DNA from: Schmidtea polychroa
Lineage: Eukaryota
Assembly (NCBI GenBank): GCA_044892525.1
Contig: CM097886.1
Location: 26,846,001-26,910,000, forward strand
Direction: 5' to 3'
Length of the DNA stretch: 64,000 nt
Each line of letters begins with the position of its first letter. The stretch's first letter is position 1. The notes beneath the pieces were generated by a model. That model had not been told where the DNA came from. It saw only the letters and a list, made by a program, of their open reading frames with translations, and made no database searches. A program made the position numbers and the translations under genes. Below are positions 50,690 through 62,211 of the stretch, piece by piece.

Positions 50690-51420
50690 ACCATTCGAAA
50701 TAAGCAGTATTTTAGAAGATCTCCAAAATGAAATTCCATATTTCAAGAACATGTCAAGGAAAAGTTTGATTTTAGATTGTAACACAAGATGGAAAAGCAT
50801 TGTCATGATGAAAAAAAGATTTATAAAAATTATTGACTCAATTCGGATGAAAATAACATTGGAATATCATCATATATTTAACAGCGCACTTTAGCCAATT
50901 AAATTAGCTGCTGAAGCATTAGGTAGACAGCCGATGTGATTTTAAAATTTTTATTTGATTCTTTGCGTGTAAACAATAATAATATCTCAAAAGGCTACAA
51001 ACTCAAACCCAATTAGGTTGCAAAGGGAAGCCAGGAGAAAAGATACCAAAATTAATTTGATGAGGAAATAAAAGAACAGTCAAATCAACAGATTTGCCAG
51101 TTGGTCGAAGAAAGAAGATTGACAGTAAATTGGAAGTGATTAAAAGATGTATTTAACACTTAATGCTAACCAAATCATTTTGAGTCTTATCGTACCAGTA
51201 AAAATTAAGAGATGTGAAAAAAAATCTACAGGTGATTGAACAAAAAATTTGAAAAATAATTTTATATTGTTGTACAAGGAATATAACACTTAGTCACATT
51301 AATGACGATACAGCCTATCTCAGTCGAAAGCGAAAGGGTATTCTCTGCGTCGCCTAATTTTTGTACAAAGAAAAAGAAATTCCTTAAGCAAACACTGGCT
51401 TGAGTGTCTTTCTTTTTTAA
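50690..51420 (+). mobile_element. Older hAT transposase relic, interrupted by an R2 repeat
   Basis: YFRRSPK...LDCNTRWKSIVMMKKRF (50705-50825) and TIQPISVESERVFSAS (51302-51352). Confidence 0.8.
50995..51205 (+). repeat. Dispersed repeat R2, partial copy
   Basis: Homologous to 31620-31845; GCTACAAACTCAAACCCAAT also occurs at 54217-54236. Confidence 0.75.
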
Positions 51421-51968
51421 AAAAGTTATTTTTTAAACCGTTGGTGTTTAACCTTTTGAAATTTTTTGAAAGCAGATGGGCGCATAAAAAAGTTTACCGC
51501 ATTTAAAAGTTTATTTTCATTATGATATATAAATATATGCAAAATGCAAAAAGTTAAGCATAAGACCAAAATATTCGCTAAATAAAAAATTATGGACTTA
51601 TGTAAAATAAAAAATTAAATTGTAAAATTGCATATAAACTTTATGAGCAGTTTTAGAATTTTATATTTTATTAGTTACATACATTTTTTGTAAAATTCAA
51701 ATCATGTTGGCCACTACTGTTTTAAACAAAAGAATATAAAAAAGATATAAATAATATATATTTATTGAAAAAAAATTTATTTTAAAATTATTATTAAAAT
51801 TTTTTTTTTAATTTAAAAATTATAACTTTTTTCTCCTGAATCAAAATTTTAATAATATTCTCGCAAATCAGCAGAGAGTTGAGTCAACTGACTACATTAT
51901 GGGAATATGTTAAAGTCTTATTCATATTATTTATGGACCTTGGTTTTTTTTATTATTAGTTTTCTTAG

Positions 51969-52627
51969 GACATGGTCTTAGTGAAGGTAATCGAGGAATG
52001 ATTAATAGTTTTGATTCATTGGTGCGCGATGTTTTACTAGACATCGATGAAACATTAGTTAGAGAAAATATTCCACAGCAGGTTCCTTTATTTCTTTATG
52101 GTCATTCTTTGGGCGGTTTAATCTCTATCTATGCTAGTTTACGACGAGATAGGTTTTTCAAAGGATTATGCTTAGAAGCCCCATTACTCATATTCCCTTC
52201 GAAAATTGGAATAATAACACCTTCATTCGGAAAACTTATAGGCAGATATTTTCCTACATTCGAATTTAATAAGTTAGACTATGACGACATATGTAGAAAC
52301 AAGGACTATGTTCATACTTTGTATGGAGACCATTTAAGAATACATTCCGGTGTACCTGCAAAAACTGCTATGGAAATTTATCGGGCAGTTGATTATTTAA
52401 AAGGCTGTCTGAAGGAAATCTCCACACCATTTATCGTTTGTCACGGAGATGCCGACGAGATTGCCGATATACGAGGCAGTGAATATTTGATGGAAATATC
52501 TCCCGTTCAAGATAAAACCTTTATCATCTTTCAAAGAGCGAAACATCAACTAAGGATGGAGATCGAAAACGTGAATATTGAATTTTCTAAAAATATTCTA
52601 GAATGGATTCTTGCTAGATGTCTTTGA
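51969..52627 (+). CDS. MGLL: MGLL-family copy 3, exon 2 (289 aa total)
   Basis: Acceptor CTTAG at 51968 completes HDHRG-HGLSEGNRG. GHSLG, HGDADE and AKHQL triad motifs are intact. Confidence 0.92.
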
Positions 52628-53116
52628 AATATCAATTTAATACTTAAAGGAAATTATTTTTCACTTTATCGGTGATTTTATTAGTAGTTTGATTAACAAA
52701 TTTAAGTATCGGTCAAGAATTTTATTTATTATCAATTTATGTACCTTTTAGTGACATTAATCCTTTATTTTGTGATTTATGCAATATTCGTCTCAAAATA
52801 AACTTGGAAATTGATAAATTACCAACATTAAAACAATTTTAATAAAATATTTCCAGTGAACAATTGACTCGTGATGATTTTATATAAATTTCATAAAAAC
52901 TACTATAAAAATCAGTACCATTATTATTTCAGGTAAATTGAAAATATTCTCTAAAATAGGTGTTCTAAAATATAAATTAAATTATTATTGTATGTTGTCT
53001 GTATTTGGATTCTCATTCGTAAAAACATTAACCTCGGTTGGTAAATTACTAAATAACTCCATAAATTTTATTTAAGAAATTATGCACTCAAAGATTATCC
53101 GTCTTCTATTTGTTTG

Positions 53117-53471
53117 GGTACTTCCGTGTTATCTTACCCCCAAAAATTAAATTAAAAAAGAACACATAATTATTATATTTATTTTCTAAATCAGAGTTAC
53201 AACTCAGCAATTGTTTGTAAATGGTCATCCAGGTGGCCAGAAAACCACAATGTCGTTGAGAATAGTGTCGAACACATCGGCACTGTTGCTTAGAACACAT
53301 GTTTGCGCCATATAAACTCACATAATCACATAAATCACAGATAGTCTTAATAAATTCATGTTCAATAATGTTCAATAACGTCATTAATAATGTATTCTCT
53401 CATGTTTTATATTGTTATTTTAATTATATTTTATAATTTAATTTTTGGGGGTAAGATAACACGGAAGTACC
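53117..53471 (-). mobile_element. Merlin/IS1016-type internally deleted element, 355 bp
   Basis: Perfect 38-bp TIR GGTACTTCCGTGTTATCTTACCCCCAAAAATTAAATTA and 8-bp TSD TTTGTTTG. The internal minus-strand remnant LCEFIWRKHV...DVFDTILNDIVVFWPPG matches the Merlin transposase C-terminus. Confidence 0.85.
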
Positions 53472-53809
53472 TTTGTTTGTTATTTAAACAAATTTCAATC
53501 TTTCTTTTAAAATATTTTTCGATAAAAATATTTTTAAAATTTCAAAAAATTTCTAATTAAAACTTTTAGAATCTTTCAGCGTCCTCATAGCCTGTCTATT
53601 GAAATCCTTGCTTATACATTAATTTTTTTATAGAAACTACTCAAGCAATTTATGATTTGATTTCTTTAATTACTAATGTGATTAAATAATAAAACATTGT
53701 ATTCAAAATCTTGATATTAAATATATCCAATTAATACTAGAAGTTCTGTGGCTCTTAACAATAATTAAATTGAAAGATTTGAGTATAAATAACGCCTAAA
53801 ACACTCGGT

Positions 53810-54240
53810 TCCACTGGGCAACATTTCTAAAAATTATGTTGAGGTTCGATGAAATTGGCACAAACGTAAAGTGAAAATCAACAAAAACATCAAATTCACA
53901 ATATTAATTAAAAGTACAAAATATTAATTAGAAAATTAAAAATGAATATTTCCCTGAAGAAACTGATATTGGTGGATGCCGAACAATAAGATGAGTTCAA
54001 ATATAATTAAAATATAGTTAATGGAGTCCATAGAAGAAAATAATTACAAAAAATAAAATTAAAAATTAATTATCTACTAGAAAACCCGAGTAATCAACAT
54101 TATTATTCAATTAGGTAGAGTCAAACTAATAGTAAATCAGAAAAATAAAATTAGCCGACCTGAAATTAAATTCATACAAATTGTCAAAAATAAATAAATT
54201 GTCCGGAGGCCTGAATGCTACAAACTCAAACCCAATCAGA
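53810..54240 (+). repeat. Dispersed repeat R2, partial copy
   Basis: GGTTCGATGAA...AAAACATCAAATTCACAATA...GTCCATAGAAG.AAATAATTACAAAA shared with 31236-31460. Confidence 0.8.
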
Positions 54241-54679
54241 CTCATATTGCCAATCCAAGTTTCTTTACGTTTCGTTTTCCGTTGTTTTATTTTCTTCGGA
54301 GTTGAAATAATTGCATCCAGTCTGTTCTAAAAATCTCTTCATCATAGGCATGTTGTCCTACCTATTTTTAAATAACAATAAAAATTACAGGAGAAAATAA
54401 ATGAATCTATCTTGTGCGATTAAAAGAACTTTTGACAATAAGAACGATTTTTGAGGAATTTTCGATTTTTAATTATTAAGTTTTATTTTATAAAATATAA
54501 ACCGATTACGATAGATAGATAAAACATAAAAATTACATTATAATTATTATGTCAATTATGTTTATGAATTTATAACCTACACTGCATTAAAATAATCCGT
54601 TGTTACCCTGTTTACTTCACTTACTAAATATCTATTGCAATTAATCATTAATAATTACATACAAATTGATACAGATAAC

Positions 54680-55020
54680 CTCTCGGAGCAGTAAGAAAGC
54701 TAAAAAGTGTGCGATATGACTAAAGTCGAATACCAAACATGTAAGAACATGATTCACGTGCGTTAATCGTCGGAGAGATACGAAATATGCACGGAATATA
54801 CCGAGCAAGTGGATTCTCATTTTAAAGTAGGATTTGAACTCCTTTCCTCTTCGCTGGCATGTCTGCTCCATTATAATAGACTTAGGCACGTACATCTTCA
54901 AGTTATAAACAAATTTGAATTTATGCTCCTTTAATTTCTAAGGCAACGCTTTCTCTTGTTTTTTTCTTTTCCATGGAATTACCCCACATGACTATCGCCT
55001 TGAAATTATTCTCCTTAAAA
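54680..55020 (-). mobile_element. hAT (Tip100/ZMYM1-like) transposase relic
   Basis: LEDVRA*VYYNGADMPAKRKGVQILL*NENPLARYIPC corresponds to the GQ.YDGA..M.GK..GVQ..I...NP.A.Y..C motif. Confidence 0.7.
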
Positions 55021-57299
55021 TAGAAATTTAGATAATATTAAATTATAGGTTAAATATTTTACCAAAATTTAGAACTTTTCTGTGTAAGCTTCGGTGTTGA
55101 TACGAAAAAGCAAACAGATTTTTCAATAACTACATTTCTGGGTTATATATGAGTCTTGGGCTTTTTAAATGGAAATTATATCGTAAGAATTATTACAATT
55201 TTTCAAAACTTTGATTTTTGATCAACGGTTTTAAGATTTTTACAAAATTAATTTAAAATTTTAGTAATTTCGTAAATTTGGGAAACACCAACTTAACAAA
55301 ATTAAAAGAACTTACATAACACCAAAATTACAAAAGAGTAAAGTAAAATAGAACAAAAGCAAGAAGTGTTGCATGAGACTAACTCTAACATAACATAAAC
55401 ACATAACAGAAGTAAACAAATTTGAGTTAACGGTGATGGAAAAATAGGAACTGGAAATGAAGTAATTTCCATAATATAACTTTAAAAAACGAATAAAGAA
55501 CTAAAAGTGTAGTAAAAATTAGAAGAAAGGCTAGAATATCCTTAGAAATCGACGAAATCCGTCATCGCTGCCAAGAACTAGTGGAAACTAACAAAAATAT
55601 AAAAAAATTAAAAACTAAATTTTCAAAAAACTATGATAAAATATCATAATTAAAAGAAATAAGAATTATATAATAGAATCAATAAGTAGCATGGAATATT
55701 CTAGAAAATGGTTATATCCATGATGACGGTGAAATTAATTAAAATTAAATAAAATATAAGTCAGTAAATAAAATATATCATAAATTATAAAAATCGTCAT
55801 CAAAATTGATAAAAAGTAAAATTCAAAATTAATCAGAATAAAAATAATTCAAACTTTCAATGAATCAGTGCACGCACACCAAAATCACATTTTAAATACC
55901 GACCCATTTTATTCAATTCAATTCTGAAATTTTATGCAGACTAAATTTTTCTTAATTTGTGAAGAATTAGTATTGTTATTATGTAGATATAATCCCGAAT
56001 TTTTATGTGATTAAAGTCTTGAAGTGAATTTTGTTTTCTTTTGTATCTTCAAAATACGAAATCATTTTCATGCAATAAAATCATTAAACCTTCTTCGGCC
56101 TAAAGTCACCATAATAAAGTACAAGGTAGTTAATCATGAATGATATTGACCTACAAGGAGTTAGTAGTTGTCAATACACTGTTTATCAGTAATATCCTTG
56201 TGGCCTGTGTGGACGATGGCTAGAGTTAAAGTTGACCAGGTGCTAAAAATTTAAATCAGAACTCAAAACCGCAGAATAAGGGTGGATTCCTTCGCATAAT
56301 TTTTTAGGCATAGTATAACATCCAGTAATGAGAAAATCGAGTAGGAGCTTACCACTCCGAGGCACTTAAATTACCTTATAAAACCGAGAGTTACGCGTAT
56401 GGTAAAAATAATGTAACAATTTAGCTTAAAGTAAAATTGAGATAATGTAGTACCCAGGAATACCAATCAATTGGGTCAACAAAACGGATCAATAACCAAT
56501 ATTCAACCAAAATATCCGAGCCACCATCGACCAGAGCCTACACAGTAATAAATTACCGCCGTACTAATATGATAATCCACAATACTATGCATTAGTGAAG
56601 TACATTCGACATTTAATTAGACCTATACTTTGAATTTAAAAAAAGTGTGAATTACATTTAAATAAAAGCAAGGTGCATTAGTATATTATTAATAATTCGA
56701 AATAGAAACTGTTTCTTTTATTTCTTTTCAAATTAATAATTCCAAAGTGGATTTTTACTTATTAGTAATACTTTTTCTTAGAATTTGTATCTAACAATTC
56801 CCATTTTAATTACTTATATGTTTCTCTCCTAAATCATACTCGAACTCTTACTCATTTATATAATGCATATAAACTCACTCTCGCTTCCAACCAAACTAAT
56901 ATTTTCTAGTATCTTTATGTATTCGTGTTCAGAGTTGACTTCCTTATTTATTGAGATGTGTTTGAAATTGCCAATAATACAAAATAAAGAGATATCTGGA
57001 ATAATAATAATAAATAGATAAAATAAAATAATTAAGTTAAAGTAAAGAAAAGCATTAAAATCCAAATTAACTTTCATTTTCAAAATGCCATGAAAAGGTT
57101 AGAAATTTATTTAAAATTTTAAATACAAGGACCCCGGTTTGGGGCATCATTTTTGACGAAGTGTCCCAGAACCCGGGATGGATCAGAAGGTAAACATTAA
57201 ATAAGAACTTTAGATGTAAAATTAATAAGTTTCATGATAAAAGCATTTATTTTTTAATCAAAAAATTGATAATTTTGATTTCACGAGCTTTTCTAATAT

Positions 57300-58094
57300 C
57301 ATTAATAAGTTTTTTCTGAATGCATAAAATTCTTTAGCGAATCTGAACTAAATATTCTAATATTTTCCTTTAATTTTTTTAATTGTTTTAAAACATCTGA
57401 AGTTTCAACATCATTTATAAACTCTTCGCCATTGTAAAATTGAATGTTTTCAATACCATCAAAAAGGTTTCTTCTATTACTTCATTGATATTTTCTTCAA
57501 TTTACTCCTTTATAATGTCAGCAAGGTCTGATTTACGATATTCATTAATTTTATTCCAACAATTGTTGATAGTTTCAACCCTTAACATTTCCAAAGCCTA
57601 TGAAATTATAGCAATAGCTTGGCGTATTTTAATTTTGAAAGAAAATTCGATTATTCGCAATCATTAAGAAAACAATTCTTGGGTGTATTTACATAATAAG
57701 TTTTGAAAGTATTTATGATGCACATGTCAAGAAGTTGAATAGGTGAAGTTGTATTTTTAGGTAAAAAATAATAACTTGACATTTGAACAGTCCAATGATT
57801 TATGACAATTGGCATTATCAAGAAGGAGAACTATTTTTTCTATTTTGCTCGATCATTTCAGTATTTAACATTGTCGGCCATGTTTGAAAATTTTCTGTTG
57901 TCATCCACGCATATTTTGCTGAAAAAACATAAAACTCTGAAATCTTTAAGATTAACGTTCTTCAAACATTGGGGATTTTTAAAATTTCCATTAAGTGGTT
58001 CTAACTTTTCGCCTTCTGAACTACAACACAAAAATAAAGTAATTTTTTCTTTGATTTTTTTAACTCCATTACAAATGTTGGGCCAGAAATCCAT
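57300..58094 (-). mobile_element. Tigger/pogo DDE-domain relic
   Basis: KEKITLFLCCSSEGEKLEPL...KNPQC and KNTTSPIQLLDMCIINTFKTYY. Confidence 0.8.
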
Positions 58095-58393
58095 AAATTA
58101 ATAATTAATAAAATAAATTAAAAAATATGTCTGATTGAAGCAGGCTAACATAACATAAATAACACAAAAAGTTTATAAAAATCTTAATAAAAACATCAAA
58201 TAAACAATAAAGTAAACACACATTTAATTAAAAAATAAAAACAAAAATAATTAAAATCAGTAATGCAAGAAGTAGCAAAAAGAAACATATTGAAACCAAA
58301 GAATTTAAGTAACATGGATTAATTAATTTAAACATTTTACATAGAAATTAAATTAAATAAAAACTAAATTAAGATAATTAAATTAAATAAATA

Positions 58394-58950
58394 GGTCTTG
58401 TGACATTTCATCACGCGACAACCTGAGATCTTTAAGAGGATTATTTGAAGCCTTGGCTCGCTGTAATGTTCTTTTAAGAGATTGTTTTTTCGCAAGTCCC
58501 AGCATTATTTGAGGAGTTATCGTTTCGTTTACTGACCCAATAATAAAATTTAAATTTTCCGCAGTAGTTAATGCACGGTTTTTCATTTCTTGAACTGCAG
58601 TTCTTGCTAACAAACGCTCTATATTACCAGTGTGATTGAGAGCTGAATTAATTTTATTGACCACTCTGCTATCATCAGTTGTTATTATAGCCTTACAACC
58701 AAACTTTGGATAAAACTTACATCTCCACTGAATAGTACCATCTTTGTTGTTTCGATGCTTATTATATTCAAAATTTTCAAAAATTACTGTTTGTTTTCCC
58801 CTTGAAGAAACTCCAAATTCAGATGAATCCATTTGTAATCGTTTAATTAATAAAATTATATTTATTAATTAAAAATATATGAGGTGATAAGTTGTCGCGT
58901 GATAAAATGTCAATGTGATAAAATGTCGCGTGATAAAGTATCTGTACACC
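58394..58950 (-). mobile_element. Mutator/MULE internally deleted element retaining the FLYWCH N-terminus, 557 bp
   Basis: Ends GGTCTTGTGACATTTCATCACGCGACA / reverse complement GGTGTACAGATACTTTATCACGCGACA; 8-bp flank AATAAATA on both sides. ORF 58832-58383 has SSRGKQTVIFENFEYNKH...QWRC...GCKA...NH. Confidence 0.8.
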
Positions 58951-59437
58951 AATAAATAACAAAATTGTTTAAATAAATCATTAAAAACTCGCCATTAGCC
59001 AATGAGGTCGTGTCCTCATCTGATTGGTCGAGAAAAAATATATATAGGCTGGTCCAGAGCCTATCACAAATTTGAACTGAATTTTGAACTGAAATTTTTA
59101 CCAAAACTTAACCAAATTTTTCGAAATCGAAATATTAGGTAAATATTTTTATTTTTATCTCTTGTTTGATTTAAGTAACTTTGTTATGCGATTGATGATT
59201 CAATTTTATTTTCATGTAATTTATATGATAAAATAAACATTTAATTAATTATTCATCAAGATTTTACATACCTAAGATTGTATAAATTTATCAGTAGGCC
59301 AACTGGCTAATAGATCGGCCCGAGGGAATGCTTAGAGCAATCCCTCGTGAGTCTTGAAGTTAGTCGAGTGTGGCAGTGTGAATTGGCTTTTAGCAAACCG
59401 GTCTGGCGAATTCTAGAGTTGTGAGCAGGCGGCCCGT

Positions 59438-60599
59438 TGTGTTACTCTGGGATGGGATCCAGTCCATCAAAGCGGCTGCATGAGGTATCCTGGCTTCCAG
59501 CTCTGCGGCAGTATACATCTTCGCCAGTAAGTCATGCTGGCCCGTTGTCCCATTCCACCACATAGTATCTGCCAGGTTGGTCACTATTTGACGGCCGTAG
59601 CATGGTTCAAAATTTTTCAATGGTCGGACAGTTCGAACGGTTCGGTTTATCTGAGGCCTGACTACTGAAAAATGAGGGTAGAAAACCGGGTTGATCAGGC
59701 GGAGGACACCCTGCTAGAGCTTTCTAGTGAGTGGTAAGTAAAAGTTAAAATGTTTCAAAGCGCTTAATTGTCTTAATAGTTCATTATACAGATAGGGAAA
59801 TAACTGTCTCAGGAAGAATAGTGGTAGATAGAATTGTAAAATTGCGTAGAAAACCTAAGTTGTCAGAGTGAAGATAAGTCCTAATCACACATTATAAATC
59901 CAGATAATATTACAGGTCCCATCATTATATGGAATAAACGCTACACAGAGTCACCTACTGATACCTTTAGGAAAATGTTATCATCTAACAACAAAACGGC
60001 CTCAAATAAAATTGATAATAGGAAAGTAGCTCTAGAGTAAGAGTTCCAGTTGAGTCGGCCAATTACTAACCCCCATTGAAACATTTTAGATCATTCTCGC
60101 TTAGTTCCAGGCCAATTGTTTAATAAAATTGCTATTCAAATAACGATGGTTATCTCGTGCACTTGCTGAACAATATTTGCATTCATCACCCGTAGTTAAA
60201 TTAACCACAATTAGTTCAAACATTCGAAATTGATTACGAAGTAAAGTAAACAATATATTACGTCTCGAAATCAATCAACTGAGTGAAGTTGAACTTTGAC
60301 CACTATATCACCCATAGGTAAAAATACTAAATTATTATCACATTCCACCGAAATAAAAATTATCTTTCGAGAAATTAGATAATCCGAAACAATTTGGAAA
60401 TATATCAGATAATAGCAATAAAGGTAGTCACATTGATTTTTCTTAACTAACTTACATAAATTATATAAATCGAGCTCAATGATTGGTAATCCGCCGCCAG
60501 CATGACTTATTGGCGAAGATGTATACTGCCGCAGAGCTGGAAGCCAGGATACCTCATGCAGCCGCTTTGATGGGCTGGATCCCATCCCAGAGTAACACA
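59438..60599. repeat. Inverted duplication, 104-bp arms (59438-59541 and 60496-60599)
   Basis: Arms differ at 2 positions. The left arm is bracketed by direct repeat GGCCCGTTGT (59431-59440, 59539-59548). Confidence 0.95.
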
Positions 60600-61561
60600 T
60601 CGTAATAAATCTTCCACCGGTCGATATCTTACGTGCGACCCCACCTACTCAACCTGCTTCCAGGACCTCTCTTTCCACCTAATTGGCCGAATCATCGGCG
60701 AGAGATAGGCAGCATTGAACTAAAACCTGTCGATTTCTCCGAAAACGGACAAAGAACCGCTGGTTAGACGAGCTGGCCAGGCTCCCGTAATCCCAACCCT
60801 GGAACCGTATCGCCTTTTTAATGGCGATTTAGACGACCCAGATTTCTATGTACAGGCAGCCCAGTGAACATTATAGTTTACGGTTAACCAGTAAAATTTT
60901 CGTAAATAAATGTTTAGTTCTGATCTTCTCTGCTTCCATTAGCTCTATAAATTCTCATAATCAATTACATACAATTACCAACAAGGTTTGAATAAGATGT
61001 CACAGTATCAGTGCCGGCAAACAACGTTTATATCTACATTTCGTGTCCAGGCGTTGATAAACCTTCACTGCACATAGCCGACGTTTCAAAGGTTAGTCGA
61101 CATTCCATGACGTAAGACATTCTATTTGCAGTCCTGATTGTTGAGGAGTTTATGAGTCGAGCAGTCGGATTAAGCCAGCTCATCTTTCCTCATGCATTCC
61201 GCCGCTATATACAGTACCAACGCGTCTCACTAACACTGGTATATATTCGGTTGCTTTAAATAATCTTGTTAGGCTTTGCCACCAAAATCATATGCTTCAT
61301 CCCTAGTGGATACCCTATCGGAAAGCTTATCTAACACCGAGTGAAGCCAGGAAAAAGCCCTAGTGCGCCAACACAACTGTCACTTTTCTCAACAAAAGAT
61401 TTAGGTGAAAGATTTTTTAATAAATAACACCGTCTCATCACAGTTAAATATGTTACGTTGTTCATATTCTAAAACGTATTCATCATATGCAAAGTAAAAT
61501 TTCATCTACAGATTTGGTTTCACTACAGATGTTTTTGAACAACTTATGTCTTGATTTAAAT

Positions 61562-61880
61562 CTATCTAACCAACGCACAAAAATTTTTAATAGATATTTT
61601 TCCAATCGTTTTAAGTACTGTTCCATTTACACAAATATCATATTCTTTTAATTTTAAAAGAGCTTCGTATACCATTTTATTTAAATCACTAAAATTGTTT
61701 AATGAATTTAACTTATATTCCTTATCAGGAATTTTTCTGTTATTTTCTAAATGTGTAACAATATTTTTTCGAATTCTTGAAATAGTTCCTTTACTAGTTT
61801 GATACGTAATACAAAGCTTACTTTCTGACACCTTGTTTTTGCAAATTTTGCAATTTGTAACCTTTCTTCATTGTTATAAA
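61562..61880 (-). mobile_element. Tigger/pogo N-terminal (HTH) relic
   Basis: SESKLCITYQTSKGTISRIRKN...LNKMVYEAL...ICVNGTVLKT fits the psq plus CENP-B HTH pattern. Confidence 0.6.
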
Positions 61881-62211
61881 AAATTCAAACACCAAAAATA
61901 TAATTTTTTTAAATAAATACCCCAAAGTGAGGTTCTTTAAAATCATAACATAGAATAGAAAAATCGGCTTTTTTAATTTTCACCCCAAAAACGGAGCGTG
62001 CCCCATGTCACTGGTCTGCCCCAAATATATATTAATATTTTTAATGATTAATAAAATTATGCAATGTTTTCATGTCAGTTTACATAGCATATGAAAAATA
62101 TATTTCACAATTTTAATCAGGTAAAAATTGCAATAATTTAATTTATTTATCACAAAATTAATCCAACAAGCTTGGTAGAAATTCAGCTAATATGAAATTA
62201 TTACAGAAGCA

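Larger units (their letters stand above)
47257..50730. repeat. Interrupted palindrome: 57-bp arms at 47257-47313 and 50674-50730 around TATATAATATATA
   Basis: CATTTTGGAGATCTTCTAAAATACTGCTTATTTCGAATGGTCGATGTGTATCTAACC is the exact reverse complement of 50674-50730. Confidence 0.95.
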
